Shown in pieces: positions 1 to 9,793 of a stretch of 64,000 nucleotides of DNA; position 1 is the first letter of the stretch; each line of letters begins with the position of its first letter. The stretch is taken from the NCBI GenBank assembly GCA_002309765.1, contig DBXY01000052.1, positions 84,210 through 148,209 on the forward strand. The letters are read 5' to 3'. Both the position numbers and the translations under genes were made by a program. Below the pieces are notes generated by a model. That model ran no database searches, had not been told where the DNA came from, and worked only from the letters and a program-made list of their open reading frames with translations. The DNA is from Verrucomicrobia bacterium UBA1200. Lineage in GTDB: Bacteria; Verrucomicrobiota; Kiritimatiellia; RFP12; UBA1067.

Positions 1-766
1 GCAACCGCTGCCGGATAATCAACGTCTGGACGGCGGTAGCCACCGTGCCAAAGCCCAGCGACAGCGCCACCATAAGCGTGTAGCGAATCATTGACCGGCC
101 ATCCTCGCGCCAAAAATTTTCCGAAATGACCGGAGAATGCACACGGTTTCGGAGCGTGAACCACGACCAGACGATTTGGAACAACGGCGCGATCACATTC
201 GCCAGAACATATCCCGAAAGCGCGCGGATCGGCATTGTCACCAACATCACCGCTAGTCGGATCGGGGCGGTAAAAATGTTCATGAGCGAAATCGCGCGGA
301 AATTTTTCAACCCCTGCAACGCATTAGTGAACACCGGCGCCGTGGTGCCCAGCAACGCGGAGGCCACAATCAGCACCCCCAACGATCCCGACACAATACG
401 GATTCGCTCAAAAAACAACGGCAACAGCAACGCCGCCGCCACGCAACCGAGAACCACCGCCGCCACCGCCGCTCCCCAAAAACAGCGGAGCAGCGCCTTC
501 ACCTTGCCGGGGCGTCCCGCAGTCTGGTAGATGTTTACGTAGCGAGTCAACGTCACCACCAAAATCGAGATCGGCAAACCAAATACCGTCGAAATGTGGG
601 TAATCGGCAACACCGCGCCCAATTCCGAATCCGGAACGTAATGCGGCACCAGCCACAGACCAATGACCGCGTTAACCAGGTCCGTCAGTCGCAGCGCCAG
701 AAAAATGCAGAACGAATACCACCAAAAATCGCCAAACCTCGCGCGAATACGATCCAAAAGCTTCAT
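1..766 (-). CDS. Wzx-like polysaccharide-biosynthesis / flippase-family membrane protein (N-terminal about 255 aa; the gene runs off the window start)
   Basis: Hand translation of the minus strand from the ATG at 766-764 gives MKLLDRIRARFGDFWWYSFCIFLALRLTDLVNAVIGLWLVPHYVPDSELGAVLPITHISTVFGLPISILVV..., with successive hydrophobic helices and no stop down to position 2. It is missing from the ORF track because there is no stop inside the window. An in-frame upstream stop lies at 886-884, so alternative GTG/TTG starts at 826 or 832 cannot be excluded. The family call rests on the overall multi-helix pattern only. Confidence 0.4.
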   Translation of the reverse strand, partial: MKLLDRIRARFGDFWWYSFCIFLALRLTDLVNAVIGLWLVPHYVPDSELGAVLPITHISTVFGLPISILVVTLTRYVNIYQTAGRPGKVKALLRCFWGAAVAAVVLGCVAAALLLPLFFERIRIVSGSLGVLIVASALLGTTAPVFTNALQGLKNFRAISLMNIFTAPIRLAVMLVTMPIRALSGYVLANVIAPLFQIVWSWFTLRNRVHSPVISENFWREDGRSMIRYTLMVALSLGFGTVATAVQTLIIRQRL

Positions 767-937
767 ATTCCTACCAAAAGGAAAATTCAAACGTAATAGG
801 AGAATAGTACCACATCCGCAAATCACGGTCAACCACCATTTTTGTGATTGCCGCGACCGGGAAATAATGCTAACATAATCATATTACAGATGGTGCCGTA
901 CAAAACGTCGCGCCAAATTTTCTAGGAGGAAGAACTC

Positions 938-1888
938 GTGAACGCCAAGTATGTGTTGATGTCAGCAAGTCTAGCCGTTTTGGTCGGTTGCCAAAGCACG
1001 CAGTGGGAAAAACCCGCCGCCATCCCGCGCGAAGAAGGGTTGTTCCGCTGCCAAATCCACCGCGGCGGCGGCGCTAAAGCAAAGCCGGACAATTCGCTGG
1101 AAACCTTCCTTTGGTGCTGGGGTCACGGCATGGCTCCGGAAGCCGACGCCCGGCTCACCAAAGACGGCGTGGCCATCGCCATGCACGATGACAACTTCAA
1201 ACGCATCGGACGCGGCATCAGTCCAGAATTCGCCACGAAAAAAATCAAAGACCTGACCTGGGACGAAATCAAAGACATTGATACCGGGTCTTATCTCGGC
1301 CCCGAATACGCCTCCACCCGCATCGCCACCATGGAATCGGTGTTCGCCGCCATGAAAGGCCGCCCCGAACGCCTGCTGTACGTGGACGAAAAAGGCGCGC
1401 CGCCCGAACTAATCGCCGAGCTGGCAAACCGTTTCGGGGTGATTGAACAGGTTTACTACACCTCCTCCAACTGGCGGCTGATCCCCCGTTGGCGCAAAAT
1501 CGCGCCCAAGGGACGCTCGATGGTTTGGCTGGGAAACTTTCCGCGAGACAACAGCCCGGAGAACGTGGCCAAGACCGAAGCTTTTGTCCAGAAACGGCTT
1601 GATGAAATGGCCGCCACCGGTTTTAACGGCATCGACCAGGTGCAGATCCACGTCCGTACGGACTTGAAGCGCGACGATCCGTTCTGCCCCTCCACCCCGT
1701 TTCTCAAGCGCGCCGTGGAACTGCTGCACAAGTACGGCGTTTCCGCCCAGACTGTAACCTGGACCGAAGGCACAAACAAAGACGTTTACCGCAAACTTTG
1801 GGATCTGGGGTTCGACCACTTCACCACCGACTATCCGGAAACGCTGTTCGAGGTTGCCGACGGCATCCGTTCCGGATCCTTTAAGTAA
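938..1888 (+). CDS. glycerophosphodiester phosphodiesterase (GDPD) family lipoprotein
   Basis: GTG start preceded by AGGAGG (924-929). Lipoprotein-type signal (LAVLVGC). GDPD signature H-R-G-G-G ... E-N-S-L-E-T-F ... LTKDGVAIAMHDD. Confidence 0.8.
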   Translation: MNAKYVLMSASLAVLVGCQSTQWEKPAAIPREEGLFRCQIHRGGGAKAKPDNSLETFLWCWGHGMAPEADARLTKDGVAIAMHDDNFKRIGRGISPEFATKKIKDLTWDEIKDIDTGSYLGPEYASTRIATMESVFAAMKGRPERLLYVDEKGAPPELIAELANRFGVIEQVYYTSSNWRLIPRWRKIAPKGRSMVWLGNFPRDNSPENVAKTEAFVQKRLDEMAATGFNGIDQVQIHVRTDLKRDDPFCPSTPFLKRAVELLHKYGVSAQTVTWTEGTNKDVYRKLWDLGFDHFTTDYPETLFEVADGIRSGSFK

Positions 1889-1915
1889 CCGATAACGAAA
1901 ATCCAGGGGGAAACC

Positions 1916-4900
1916 ATGCGCTCCGCCTATATCCTGTTTGTGCTGCCGTTCCTGATGACCAATTTTGCCCAAGCTAACCCCGTCCCCGACGAACAACTCC
2001 GGGCGGAATTCGCCAATCCCCCGGATTCGGCAAAGCCCCACGTCTGGTGGCACTGGATGAACGGCAATGTCTCCAAAGCCGGAATCACCGCCGACTTGGA
2101 GGCGATGAAAGCCGCAGGAATCGGCGGGGCGCAAATTTTCGACGTCTCCGACGGCATCCCCAAAGGGCCGGTGGATTTCCTCTCGCCGGAATGGTACGAC
2201 CTGGTGGATTTCGCGCTTTCTGAAGCCGAGCGGCTTGGCATCGAAATCTGCCTGGCCAACTGTTCCGGATGGAGTTCCACCGGCGGCCCGTGGGTAACCC
2301 CGGAAGAGTCGATGAAAAGCGTGGTTTACACCGAAACCCGCTGCAGCGGCGCATTCGACGGCACTCTGCCCCAACCCCCAAACCCGCACAACTTTTATGA
2401 GGACATCGCCGTGCTGGCGGTACCGCTGCCCGCCGCCGAATCGGTTTCTTTGCGGGACTATGGAATGACTGTTTCCGCGCCGAAACTCGACCAGCGGACG
2501 CAACTGGGATTGTTGACTGACGGGCAAACCAAAAACGGGATCGATTTTCAGCGAAAAGGTAAAGACAAAGTACCGTCCCCAATCGTTTTTTCGTTCGGCC
2601 AACCTTTCCCGTTGCGCGGCCTGACCCTTGGCATGACCACGCAAAACCGGTACGACCACTGTTTCGTAACCGTCGAATCGGCAGACGCGGATGGCTCCGC
2701 TTTTCGTCCGTTGGTCAACAACTATAAAGTGTTTCTGCGCTCATACGGCGATTCCCCCCGCGAGTCTTACATTCCCGTACCCGCCGTCAACGCCGGCAAA
2801 ATACGGGTAAACATTGAACTTCCGTCCGCCTCGCCATATAAAATCACGGAGCTTCGTCCTGAGGCCAAAGCGGGATTGCCGCAAGCGGCCGACAAGCTGT
2901 TTCAATTCCGTAGCCAAATCCTGTACCGCCCATATCAGTTCGAGCCAAGCTTTACCGTTCCCAAAGCCGGCATCGTAAACCTAACCTCCCGGATGAAAAA
3001 AGACGGTTCGTTACAGTGGGACGCGCCGCCCGGCGATTGGGCTTTACTCCGCATCGGCTATGCCTGTAACGGTGCCCACCCCCGCCCCGCCACACCAGCC
3101 GGAGCGGGCTTGGAATGCGACAAACTCGATCCCGAGGCGGTCACCCGATCCTTCAACGCCTATGTGGGCAAGGTGATTGAAAACGCCGGCAAACGGCGCG
3201 GAGCTACCCCCGCCCGACCGCCGGCGCTCAACAACACGCTCATCGACAGTTACGAGGTTGGTTGTCAAAACTGGACGCGGGGTTTCGACAAAATGTTCGA
3301 AAAACGCTGCGGCTACAGTTTCATCCCCTACCTCACGGTGTTTTCCGGGCGCATAATCGGCAGCGTGGAAGAGACCGAACGCGCGTTGGAGGATTTCCGC
3401 GCCACCATATCAGAACTCTTCTGCGAAAACTATTCTAAAAAATTCGCCGAACTCTGCCACCGCCACGGAATGAGCCTGTCGCTGGAAGGCTACGGCAACG
3501 CGCCTTGCGACGACTTGGCGTACAGCCGTTGGGCGGACATCCCGATGGGCGAGTTTTGGGCCTCCGCCGGCAACGGGTTGGGCAGCGGCGGCAACGGGCA
3601 TTTCGGAGCCTCCGTTTCCCACGTCTGGGGACAGAAATTTGTCGCGGCCGAGGCGTTTACCGCCGGGCCGGAAACCGGACGCTGGCTCAAAGACCCATTC
3701 TCGCTCAAAGCCCAAGGCGACCGCATCTACTGCACTGGAATCAACCGCATGGTTTACCATCGCTACGCCCACCAACCGTGGGTTGACGCAGCACACTACC
3801 CCGGTATGACCATGGGTCCGCACGGTACGCATTTCGAGCGCACCCTGACCTGGTGGAACCAATCTTCCGACTGGCTGGTTTACCAAGCCCGCTGCCAATA
3901 CCTGCTTCAATCCGGAACATTCGTTGCCGACGCGTTGTTCTTCGCCGGCGACCAAGCCCCCAACTACGGGCTGGACATCGACCGCTGGCACTCCTACGAC
4001 CGCGGAGCGCGTCCGGTCGGGCACCCGATCGGCTACGACTGGGACATTTGCGGAGCAGACGCCCTGCCGAAACTGCAAACTGCCAACGGGCGCATCGTCA
4101 GCCCCGGCAACACCTCATACCGAATGCTCGTTTTACCAGACCGCGAATGGATGTCGCTGAAAACGATCGGCGAATTGGAACGGCTGGCCGCCCAATCCGC
4201 GAAAATTGTCGGTAAAACCAAACCCCGGCGGATACTTGGATTATCCGGCGGCAGTGAGGCCGACCGCCAACTCCGCGACCGCGTGGAAAAACTTTGGCAA
4301 CGCAGCGTCGAACCGGTGACGGCCGGTGAGGCATTAGAGAAACTCGGGCTCGCCAAGGATTGCGAATGTCTCAACCCCGATCTCACCAACAAATTCTCCT
4401 ATATCCACCGCCGGGCAGACAGCGGGGCCGACATTTACTTCGTGGCGTTAGGCAACACCGCCCCGACCGATTTCGAGGTTGCCTTCCGGGTCGCCGGGAA
4501 AACTCCGGAACTTTGGGACGCCGAGACCGGTAAAACCAGAACTGCCGCCGTTTGGCGCGAGACCGGCAACCGTACCATTGTGCCGTTGCATTTTGAACCA
4601 TCCGGCTCTATCTTTGTGGTGTTCCATAACGCCGCCGCAAAAAAACATGTTACCGGATTGACCGTAACCGCCGCCAACCCGGACAAGGCCAACGCCAAGC
4701 GGCTCGAAATCGTCAAAGCCGTGTACGGGGTGCTTAACTCAGACAACACCATGGACATCACCGAAAAACTCCAAGCTGAAATTGCCAACGACCGGCTCGA
4801 AGTAAAGATATCCAACGAACTCGCCGGCCGCGACCCGGCCCGGCAGACCGTTAAAGAAGCCAAAATCGATTACCGACTCGACGGGAATGACCGCTCCGTA

Positions 4901-5659
4901 ACCGTTAAAGAAAACTCCGTCTTAGTTCTGCCGCAAGATTCCTTCGCCTCTTATCCGCCGCCCGGCGGTACGCTTCATTGCGATAACGGAAAGACCGTGT
5001 TTACCGCATTTGCGCCGCTCGCGGCTACGATCGAATATTCTTCCGGCGAACACCAAGGGCTTCAAGTCGGCGAGCTACCTCCCGATCAAGTGTTGGACTC
5101 GCCTTGGACGGTGAAGTTCCCCCAGCCTGACGGAAAAACCGTCACCATCGAATTGTCGAAGCTCTGCTCCTGGACCGACCGGCCCGAACCGGAGATAAAA
5201 TACTTTTCCGGAACCGCCACCTATTCCGGCCATTTCACCGTGAACAAGAACTTGGGTTTCGGCGAACGGGTTTGGCTCGACTTGGGCGCGGTCCGAAATC
5301 TCGCGGAGGTCAGAGTTAACCAAACCGCCTATCCGGTGCTTTGGAAACCGCCGTTCCGGATTGACATCACCTCTGCGGTGGCAGCCGCCAACGGTGCCGC
5401 CGATCTTGAAATCAAGGTCACCAACCTTTGGGCCAACCGGCTGATTGGCGATGATTTCCTGCCACCGGACTGCAAATGGAAAGCCAACGGAGCGCTGGTC
5501 GAAATTCCGCAGTGGGTTAAGGACGGAAAACCCAGCCCTACCGGGCGGCACACTTTCACCACTTGGCGTCACTGGACACGCAATGACCAGCCGCTGGTTT
5601 CCGGCATTCTCGGCCCGGTGCGGCTGCTTTTCTCTCAAGACGTTCCTCTTAACGATTAA
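1916..5659 (+). CDS. large secreted exo-glycosidase, GH106-like (alpha-L-rhamnosidase-type) family
   Basis: 1247 aa with a signal peptide (MRSAYILFVLPFLMTNFAQA). The N-terminal motif FANPPDSAKPHVWWHWMNGNVSKAGITADLEAMKAAGIGG matches, from memory, the family-defining FxNPPxxxRPxxxWxWMNGN start of GH106-type enzymes. The protein is long and multi-domain with C-terminal beta-sandwich regions. Confidence 0.6.
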   Translation: MRSAYILFVLPFLMTNFAQANPVPDEQLRAEFANPPDSAKPHVWWHWMNGNVSKAGITADLEAMKAAGIGGAQIFDVSDGIPKGPVDFLSPEWYDLVDFALSEAERLGIEICLANCSGWSSTGGPWVTPEESMKSVVYTETRCSGAFDGTLPQPPNPHNFYEDIAVLAVPLPAAESVSLRDYGMTVSAPKLDQRTQLGLLTDGQTKNGIDFQRKGKDKVPSPIVFSFGQPFPLRGLTLGMTTQNRYDHCFVTVESADADGSAFRPLVNNYKVFLRSYGDSPRESYIPVPAVNAGKIRVNIELPSASPYKITELRPEAKAGLPQAADKLFQFRSQILYRPYQFEPSFTVPKAGIVNLTSRMKKDGSLQWDAPPGDWALLRIGYACNGAHPRPATPAGAGLECDKLDPEAVTRSFNAYVGKVIENAGKRRGATPARPPALNNTLIDSYEVGCQNWTRGFDKMFEKRCGYSFIPYLTVFSGRIIGSVEETERALEDFRATISELFCENYSKKFAELCHRHGMSLSLEGYGNAPCDDLAYSRWADIPMGEFWASAGNGLGSGGNGHFGASVSHVWGQKFVAAEAFTAGPETGRWLKDPFSLKAQGDRIYCTGINRMVYHRYAHQPWVDAAHYPGMTMGPHGTHFERTLTWWNQSSDWLVYQARCQYLLQSGTFVADALFFAGDQAPNYGLDIDRWHSYDRGARPVGHPIGYDWDICGADALPKLQTANGRIVSPGNTSYRMLVLPDREWMSLKTIGELERLAAQSAKIVGKTKPRRILGLSGGSEADRQLRDRVEKLWQRSVEPVTAGEALEKLGLAKDCECLNPDLTNKFSYIHRRADSGADIYFVALGNTAPTDFEVAFRVAGKTPELWDAETGKTRTAAVWRETGNRTIVPLHFEPSGSIFVVFHNAAAKKHVTGLTVTAANPDKANAKRLEIVKAVYGVLNSDNTMDITEKLQAEIANDRLEVKISNELAGRDPARQTVKEAKIDYRLDGNDRSVTVKENSVLVLPQDSFASYPPPGGTLHCDNGKTVFTAFAPLAATIEYSSGEHQGLQVGELPPDQVLDSPWTVKFPQPDGKTVTIELSKLCSWTDRPEPEIKYFSGTATYSGHFTVNKNLGFGERVWLDLGAVRNLAEVRVNQTAYPVLWKPPFRIDITSAVAAANGAADLEIKVTNLWANRLIGDDFLPPDCKWKANGALVEIPQWVKDGKPSPTGRHTFTTWRHWTRNDQPLVSGILGPVRLLFSQDVPLND

Positions 5660-5666
5660 CTCCCTT

Positions 5667-6473
5667 ATGAGCGAGGCTCCGGATTATTTCAGTTTCCAAG
5701 CCATCGGATTCGTTGAATCTGAACGCAAATACCGCTTCGAAACCCCGCGCCAAGCGGTATTTGCCGAACAAGGATCATTTATCCGGTTCGTCCCGGACGC
5801 GCGCATGGCGCAAGCCGCCACCGACCTGCGCGGTTTCGACCGCGTCTGGGTGCTATTCTGTTTCCATCTGAATCTCGGCAAACCCTGGAAAGCCAAGGTT
5901 CGCCCGCCCGTCTCGCCGGACGGGGCGCGTTACGGGGTTTTCGCCACCCGTTCGCCGCACCGGCCCAATCCCATCGGATTAAGCTGCGTCGAGTTGCTGT
6001 CCATCAGCGATGACGGACTTGGAATCGGACCGAACGACCTGCTGGACGGGACCCCGGTGCTGGACATCAAACCCTATATCCCCGAAGCCGACGCCTTCCC
6101 GGATGCCGCCGCCGGTTGGCGGGATATGGCCGTAGCGGCCGCATGGGAGATCGATTTCTCCGCCGAAGCGCTGGACATTGCCGGAAAAATCCTTTCACTT
6201 TCCGGCCTCGACCTGATCGGTTTCTGTAAACTGCAACTCGGCAGCAATCCGTTCGACCGCCGCCGCAAACGAGTGCGCGAACTTGGCGGCAACGAGTACG
6301 CCATCGGTTGCCGCACTTGGCAAATCCGGTTTGAAGCCGACCTGCAAAACCGAAAAATCCAGGTGCGGGAAATCCAATCCAACTACACCGACGACGAGTT
6401 GTCCGACCATGCGCCCGATCCCTACGCGGACAAAGACGTCCACCGCGCCATCCGGAGGTTAAACCGTGGTTGA
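5667..6473 (+). CDS. trmO: tRNA (N6-threonylcarbamoyladenosine37) methyltransferase TrmO/TsaA
   Basis: The track ORF 5445-6473 overlaps the upstream gene. The in-frame ATG at 5667 (MSEAPDYFSFQAIGFVESE) lies just after the upstream stop. TsaA/YaeB motifs are present: IGFVES, PRQ, GFDRVWVLFCFH, GVFATRSPHRPNPIGLS, LLDGTPVLDIKPYIP. Confidence 0.85.
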   Translation: MSEAPDYFSFQAIGFVESERKYRFETPRQAVFAEQGSFIRFVPDARMAQAATDLRGFDRVWVLFCFHLNLGKPWKAKVRPPVSPDGARYGVFATRSPHRPNPIGLSCVELLSISDDGLGIGPNDLLDGTPVLDIKPYIPEADAFPDAAAGWRDMAVAAAWEIDFSAEALDIAGKILSLSGLDLIGFCKLQLGSNPFDRRRKRVRELGGNEYAIGCRTWQIRFEADLQNRKIQVREIQSNYTDDELSDHAPDPYADKDVHRAIRRLNRG

Positions 6474-7104
6474 CCGCCAAATAATTTGGGATTGGAACGG
6501 CACGCTTCTCAACGACATCGACGCCGCTCTGGCGGCGGCCAACCAGATGCTAGCCAGCCGCGATCTGCCCACCCTGACCTTAGACCGATATCGCGAAATC
6601 TTCGGTTTCCCGGTGCGTGGATTTTATCGTCTGGCCGGTTTCCGGCTTGAAAACGAAGATTGGGACGCGATGGCCTGTGAATTTCACCGGATTTTTCTCT
6701 CGCAACCCACAATGCGGCTGTTTGACGACACCATCCCTACCCTTGAGCATTTTCAAAAGTCTGGGTACCGCCAAGTTATGCTCTCCGCATCGAAGCAGGA
6801 ACTGCTCACTGGCATGATTGGGCAATTCAAACTCACCCCCTATTTCGATGCGGTAAAGGGAATCGACACCCTTTACGGCACCTCGAAAATCGAACTGGGG
6901 AAAGAGTTGCTCCGCCAATCTCCGATACCGCCGGAACGGACGATAATGATTGGCGACACCTTGCATGATGCCGAAGTCGCCGCCGCACTGGGCACGAGTT
7001 GCATACTGGTCGCGCGAGGGCACCAATCCTTGAGACGGCTCCAAACCGCCGGAGTTCCGTTGACCGCAACTCTGTCGGAACTGCGCGTTCTGTTGGGAGA
7101 ATGA
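6466..7104 (+). CDS. HAD-superfamily hydrolase (phosphoglycolate-phosphatase-like, subfamily IA)
   Basis: GTG start overlaps the trmO stop. Motif I is IWDWNGTL (DxDGTL-like) and the C-terminal motif is IMIGDTLHD. Confidence 0.75.
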   Translation: MVDRQIIWDWNGTLLNDIDAALAAANQMLASRDLPTLTLDRYREIFGFPVRGFYRLAGFRLENEDWDAMACEFHRIFLSQPTMRLFDDTIPTLEHFQKSGYRQVMLSASKQELLTGMIGQFKLTPYFDAVKGIDTLYGTSKIELGKELLRQSPIPPERTIMIGDTLHDAEVAAALGTSCILVARGHQSLRRLQTAGVPLTATLSELRVLLGE

Positions 7105-7389
7105 AACATGACATTATAACGGGGCGCAAAATACTAAAGATGTGATGTTTTTAGTTGGTGGGGTTGGTTTTGAAATTGCCTCTTATGGCATATGTTACAC
7201 CGTTGGATTGATTTCTAACGGACAGCAAGGAGGGAAAAATCCATGGCAACAGGAAAAGCTCTCAATGGAAAGCCGTATGCGGGAAATCCGCACGTTGCGC
7301 CTTCGCAATGCTACGGCGGCACAAGTCGGTTTGTGGAGGGGGAAGTCGCATCGGCGGCGACACCGATGCGTGGGTCTCTACTCTACAAC

Positions 7390-9012
7390 ATGAGAAAACT
7401 GATAGCAGTCGCCGTTTCGCTATGCGCGGCGTACGCGTCTGCGGCGAATCCGATTCTGCCGCTATGGGAATACATACCAGACGGCGAGCCTTACATCTTC
7501 GACGATCCAGACAACCCGGGCAAGATGCGAGTGTATCTATACGGCTCGCACGACACTCTGCGCAATGCCTACTGTGGCTACGACTACACATTGTGGTCGG
7601 CACCGCTTGAGGATCCTAATCACTGGAGATGCGACGGGGTCATCTTCCAGTCGGTCAATGACGCGAACGGAGTGCCGCTTCTGAAGTCCGGCAAAGGGGA
7701 GCTCCTTTGGGATCCCGATGCGCAGGTTGTGACGGGGAAGGACGGCAAGAAGACGTATTATCTGTTCCCGTTCAACGTCCGGGCACGCGAACGGCTGGGA
7801 ATGGTGGCAAAGTCCAACCGCCCCGACGGCCCGTTCAAGGTCTGCAATTGGTCCAAGGACGATCCGAAGAAGGTGGATAGCTTCGGATTTCATCTCGCGA
7901 CATTTGTCGATGACGATGGAAGGGCATATGCCTACTGGGGAAGGGATGTGGGGTTCGGCAGCGACAGCGTGTCGGCGGCGGAGCTCGACACCTCCACCAT
8001 GTGCACACTCAAGCCCGGCGCGGAAATTCACAGGAATGTCGTCACCTCGTGGCGCCAGAAAGGGGAGGATCGCTACTTCGAGGGGCCTTCCATGCGCAAG
8101 ATAAAGGGGAAGTACGTGCTCATCTACGCTCGACACACGGCGGAAGGCGAATTTGGCCTTGAAGCAGAGTACTGCACACTCGCCTATGCATACTCCGACA
8201 GCCCGCTCGGACCCTTCACGTACGGCGGGACTTTGATCGACCTGCGTGGACGCGAGAAGGGACCTGACGGAAAGACGCGCATCACAGCGGCGCCGGGCGG
8301 AAATACGCACGGCAGCCTCTGCGAGATCAATGGGCAATGGTACGTGTTCTACCATCGGCAGACCGGCTTGAACGAATTCTCGCGCCAGGCAATGGTGGGC
8401 CGTGTGAATGTGACGATCGACGAGAGGCCGGGCGGGAAGGTAGCGATTTCCGAGGCGGAGATCGATTCCATGGGCTTCGAAACCGAGGGACTTGATCCGT
8501 TCGAGCTCCATGCAGCAGGAATTGCCAGCTATTACACGGGGCCAGTGCCCGCACGCCGCAGGCCGAGATATTCGTATTCCGGGCCCTATCCCGTGCCGTT
8601 TCGATGTGACGGATATGCGGCGAAGAACGCCTACGGTCCGGATGTAAACCGTTGTGCGCTCGTCAATTGCACGGAAGGTTCCGTTGCCGGATGGAAGTAC
8701 TTCAACTTCAATAATACTTTCGGGAAGAAGGGTTTGACGCTGTCCATCGAACTGGAGCCGAATAGATTGCAAGGCGTGATCGACGTGTGGGTGAAGCGTC
8801 CTTCGGCGAATGAGGGCGGCATGAAGGTTGGCTCGTTCACCTTGACTCCGGATTTGCCAGTCGGCATGCAGAGGGTGGAGATTCCCGTAGATGCACTTGC
8901 CGTCGTGAATGGCCGGGAGGCATTGTACTTGACTTTTTCATCGTCTGTGAAGAACCAGTCGATCTGCACATTGCACACCCTGCGGTTCCATCGGCGTGAA
9001 ACCCCAGAATGA
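7390..9012 (+). CDS. secreted GH43-like five-bladed beta-propeller glycoside hydrolase with a C-terminal carbohydrate-binding-like domain
   Basis: The real start is most likely the internal ATG at 7390 (MRKLIAVAVSLCAAYASA signal peptide); the track ORF starts upstream at 7243. The N-terminal PLWEYIPDGEPYIFDDPDNPGKMRVYLYGSHD is typical of the GH43 / clan GH-F fold. The C-terminal roughly 150 aa look like a beta-sandwich CBM. Confidence 0.65.
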   Translation: MRKLIAVAVSLCAAYASAANPILPLWEYIPDGEPYIFDDPDNPGKMRVYLYGSHDTLRNAYCGYDYTLWSAPLEDPNHWRCDGVIFQSVNDANGVPLLKSGKGELLWDPDAQVVTGKDGKKTYYLFPFNVRARERLGMVAKSNRPDGPFKVCNWSKDDPKKVDSFGFHLATFVDDDGRAYAYWGRDVGFGSDSVSAAELDTSTMCTLKPGAEIHRNVVTSWRQKGEDRYFEGPSMRKIKGKYVLIYARHTAEGEFGLEAEYCTLAYAYSDSPLGPFTYGGTLIDLRGREKGPDGKTRITAAPGGNTHGSLCEINGQWYVFYHRQTGLNEFSRQAMVGRVNVTIDERPGGKVAISEAEIDSMGFETEGLDPFELHAAGIASYYTGPVPARRRPRYSYSGPYPVPFRCDGYAAKNAYGPDVNRCALVNCTEGSVAGWKYFNFNNTFGKKGLTLSIELEPNRLQGVIDVWVKRPSANEGGMKVGSFTLTPDLPVGMQRVEIPVDALAVVNGREALYLTFSSSVKNQSICTLHTLRFHRRETPE

Positions 9013-9333
9013 CAAGGGCACGACTCGGCAAGTACGGCTTCATGATCCTTGGGAACGCCGCGCCTGTGCAATTTGCCATGGGCGCATCTGCGTTTTTCAC
9101 CCATGCCGACAGGAAGCGGAAAACAACCAATACAACTGGTAAAAACAACTTGAAGAAGAACGCGGGCTAACTCGCCTGCGTTATTCCCGTTTTTCAAGAG
9201 CGACAGGAATGCGCGAGCGAGTTAGTTCGCGCGCACAAGAAAAGTTGTTTAAATTAGTTGTTTTCAACCATCATGAACTTCGATGGTGAATTACGCAGAT
9301 GCGCCCGAAATCGCGCCAAGTGCCACAACGCGA

Positions 9334-9363
9334 TTGACATCCAATATGCGGTTATGATATAAT
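9334..9363 (+). promoter_or_regulatory. canonical sigma70-type promoter (TTGACA-N18-TATAAT) in the lower-GC remnant region
   Basis: TTGACA at about 9334-9339 and TATAAT at about 9358-9363, with an 18-nt spacer. It sits immediately upstream of the AAA-ATPase gene fragment at 9377. Confidence 0.3.
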
Positions 9364-9376
9364 ACCTACTATGTAA

Positions 9377-9517
9377 ACCTCCAAAAACGGAGTTTTTGAC
9401 GAGATCATTCGCGATGCACTGGATGCCAAAGGTGCAGTGCTGATTGAGGGCGCCAAGTGGCGCGGTAAAACCACGACCGTTGGCGGTCGATGTCATAATC
9501 GGCACTATCAGGGGTGA
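9377..9517 (+). pseudogene. N-terminal fragment of an AAA+ ATPase (DUF4143 / AAA_14-like); truncated remnant
   Basis: Translation: ...GVFDEIIRDALDAKGAVLIEGAKWRGKTTTVGGRCHNRHYQG*. It resembles the N-terminus and Walker-A region (LIEGxRxxGKTT) of DUF4143-family ATPases. An in-frame TAA sits at 9374 just upstream and the reading frame ends after about 46 codons. The region is lower in GC. Confidence 0.35.
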
Positions 9518-9544
9518 GGTCGACCTCAACTCCATCCCGGTACG

Positions 9545-9793
9545 TTGACGGTAGGCGAAGAGTTTTCCGGTCTTATGACGGTGAGTGGTACGACGAACAC
9601 GGTCTTCGCATCCGGCGCGACGATGACGTTTGCGGACGCAGTGGAAGGTTTGCCGAGCGGCATGAGATTAATGGCCGAAAGCAACGGCCTCTATCTTGAG
9701 CGCCCGGGGATGGTCATCATTGTGAAGCAGTTTTCACGATGGGGCCAGAGCGGGATTTGTGGTTACTGTCGTCAGCCCGAACGGGTTGTGTAA
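9545..9793 (+). pseudogene. possible decayed C-terminal fragment of a giant beta-helical repeat protein paralog
   Basis: The 82-aa ORF contains ...TVSGTTNTVFASGATMTF...MAESNGLYLERPGMVIIVK. This matches the conserved extreme C-termini of the giant proteins in this window (GLRLKYSGGTIIIMR*, ARIILGGTLFMVR*, PSGTFIMFR*), except that no stop follows the final K. Confidence 0.3.

Noticed and set aside
1409-2659. 416-aa minus-strand ORF, plus other minus ORFs (2085-2582, 3410-4078, 4435-4863, 5075-5638), opposite the GH106-like gene
   Set aside because: These are high-GC frame shadows. The composition is Arg/Gly/Pro-rich with no motifs, and they are fully embedded in a well-supported 1247-aa plus-strand gene.
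5445-5666. N-terminal 74-codon extension of the track ORF 5445-6473, overlapping the end of the GH106-like gene
   Set aside because: The TrmO homology starts at the internal ATG at 5667, just after the upstream stop. The extension (MAMISCHRTANGKP...) is out-of-frame read-through of the neighbouring gene.
7243-7389. Upstream extension of the GH43-like ORF (MATGKALNGKPYAGNPHVAPSQ...)
   Set aside because: The signal peptide begins at the internal Met at 7390, and the extension lies in the AT-rich leader. The shorter start is more likely.
7537-8772. 411-aa minus-strand ORF opposite the GH43-like gene
   Set aside because: Shadow ORF with an Arg/Pro/Gly-rich composition. The plus-strand product has clear GH43-type motifs.
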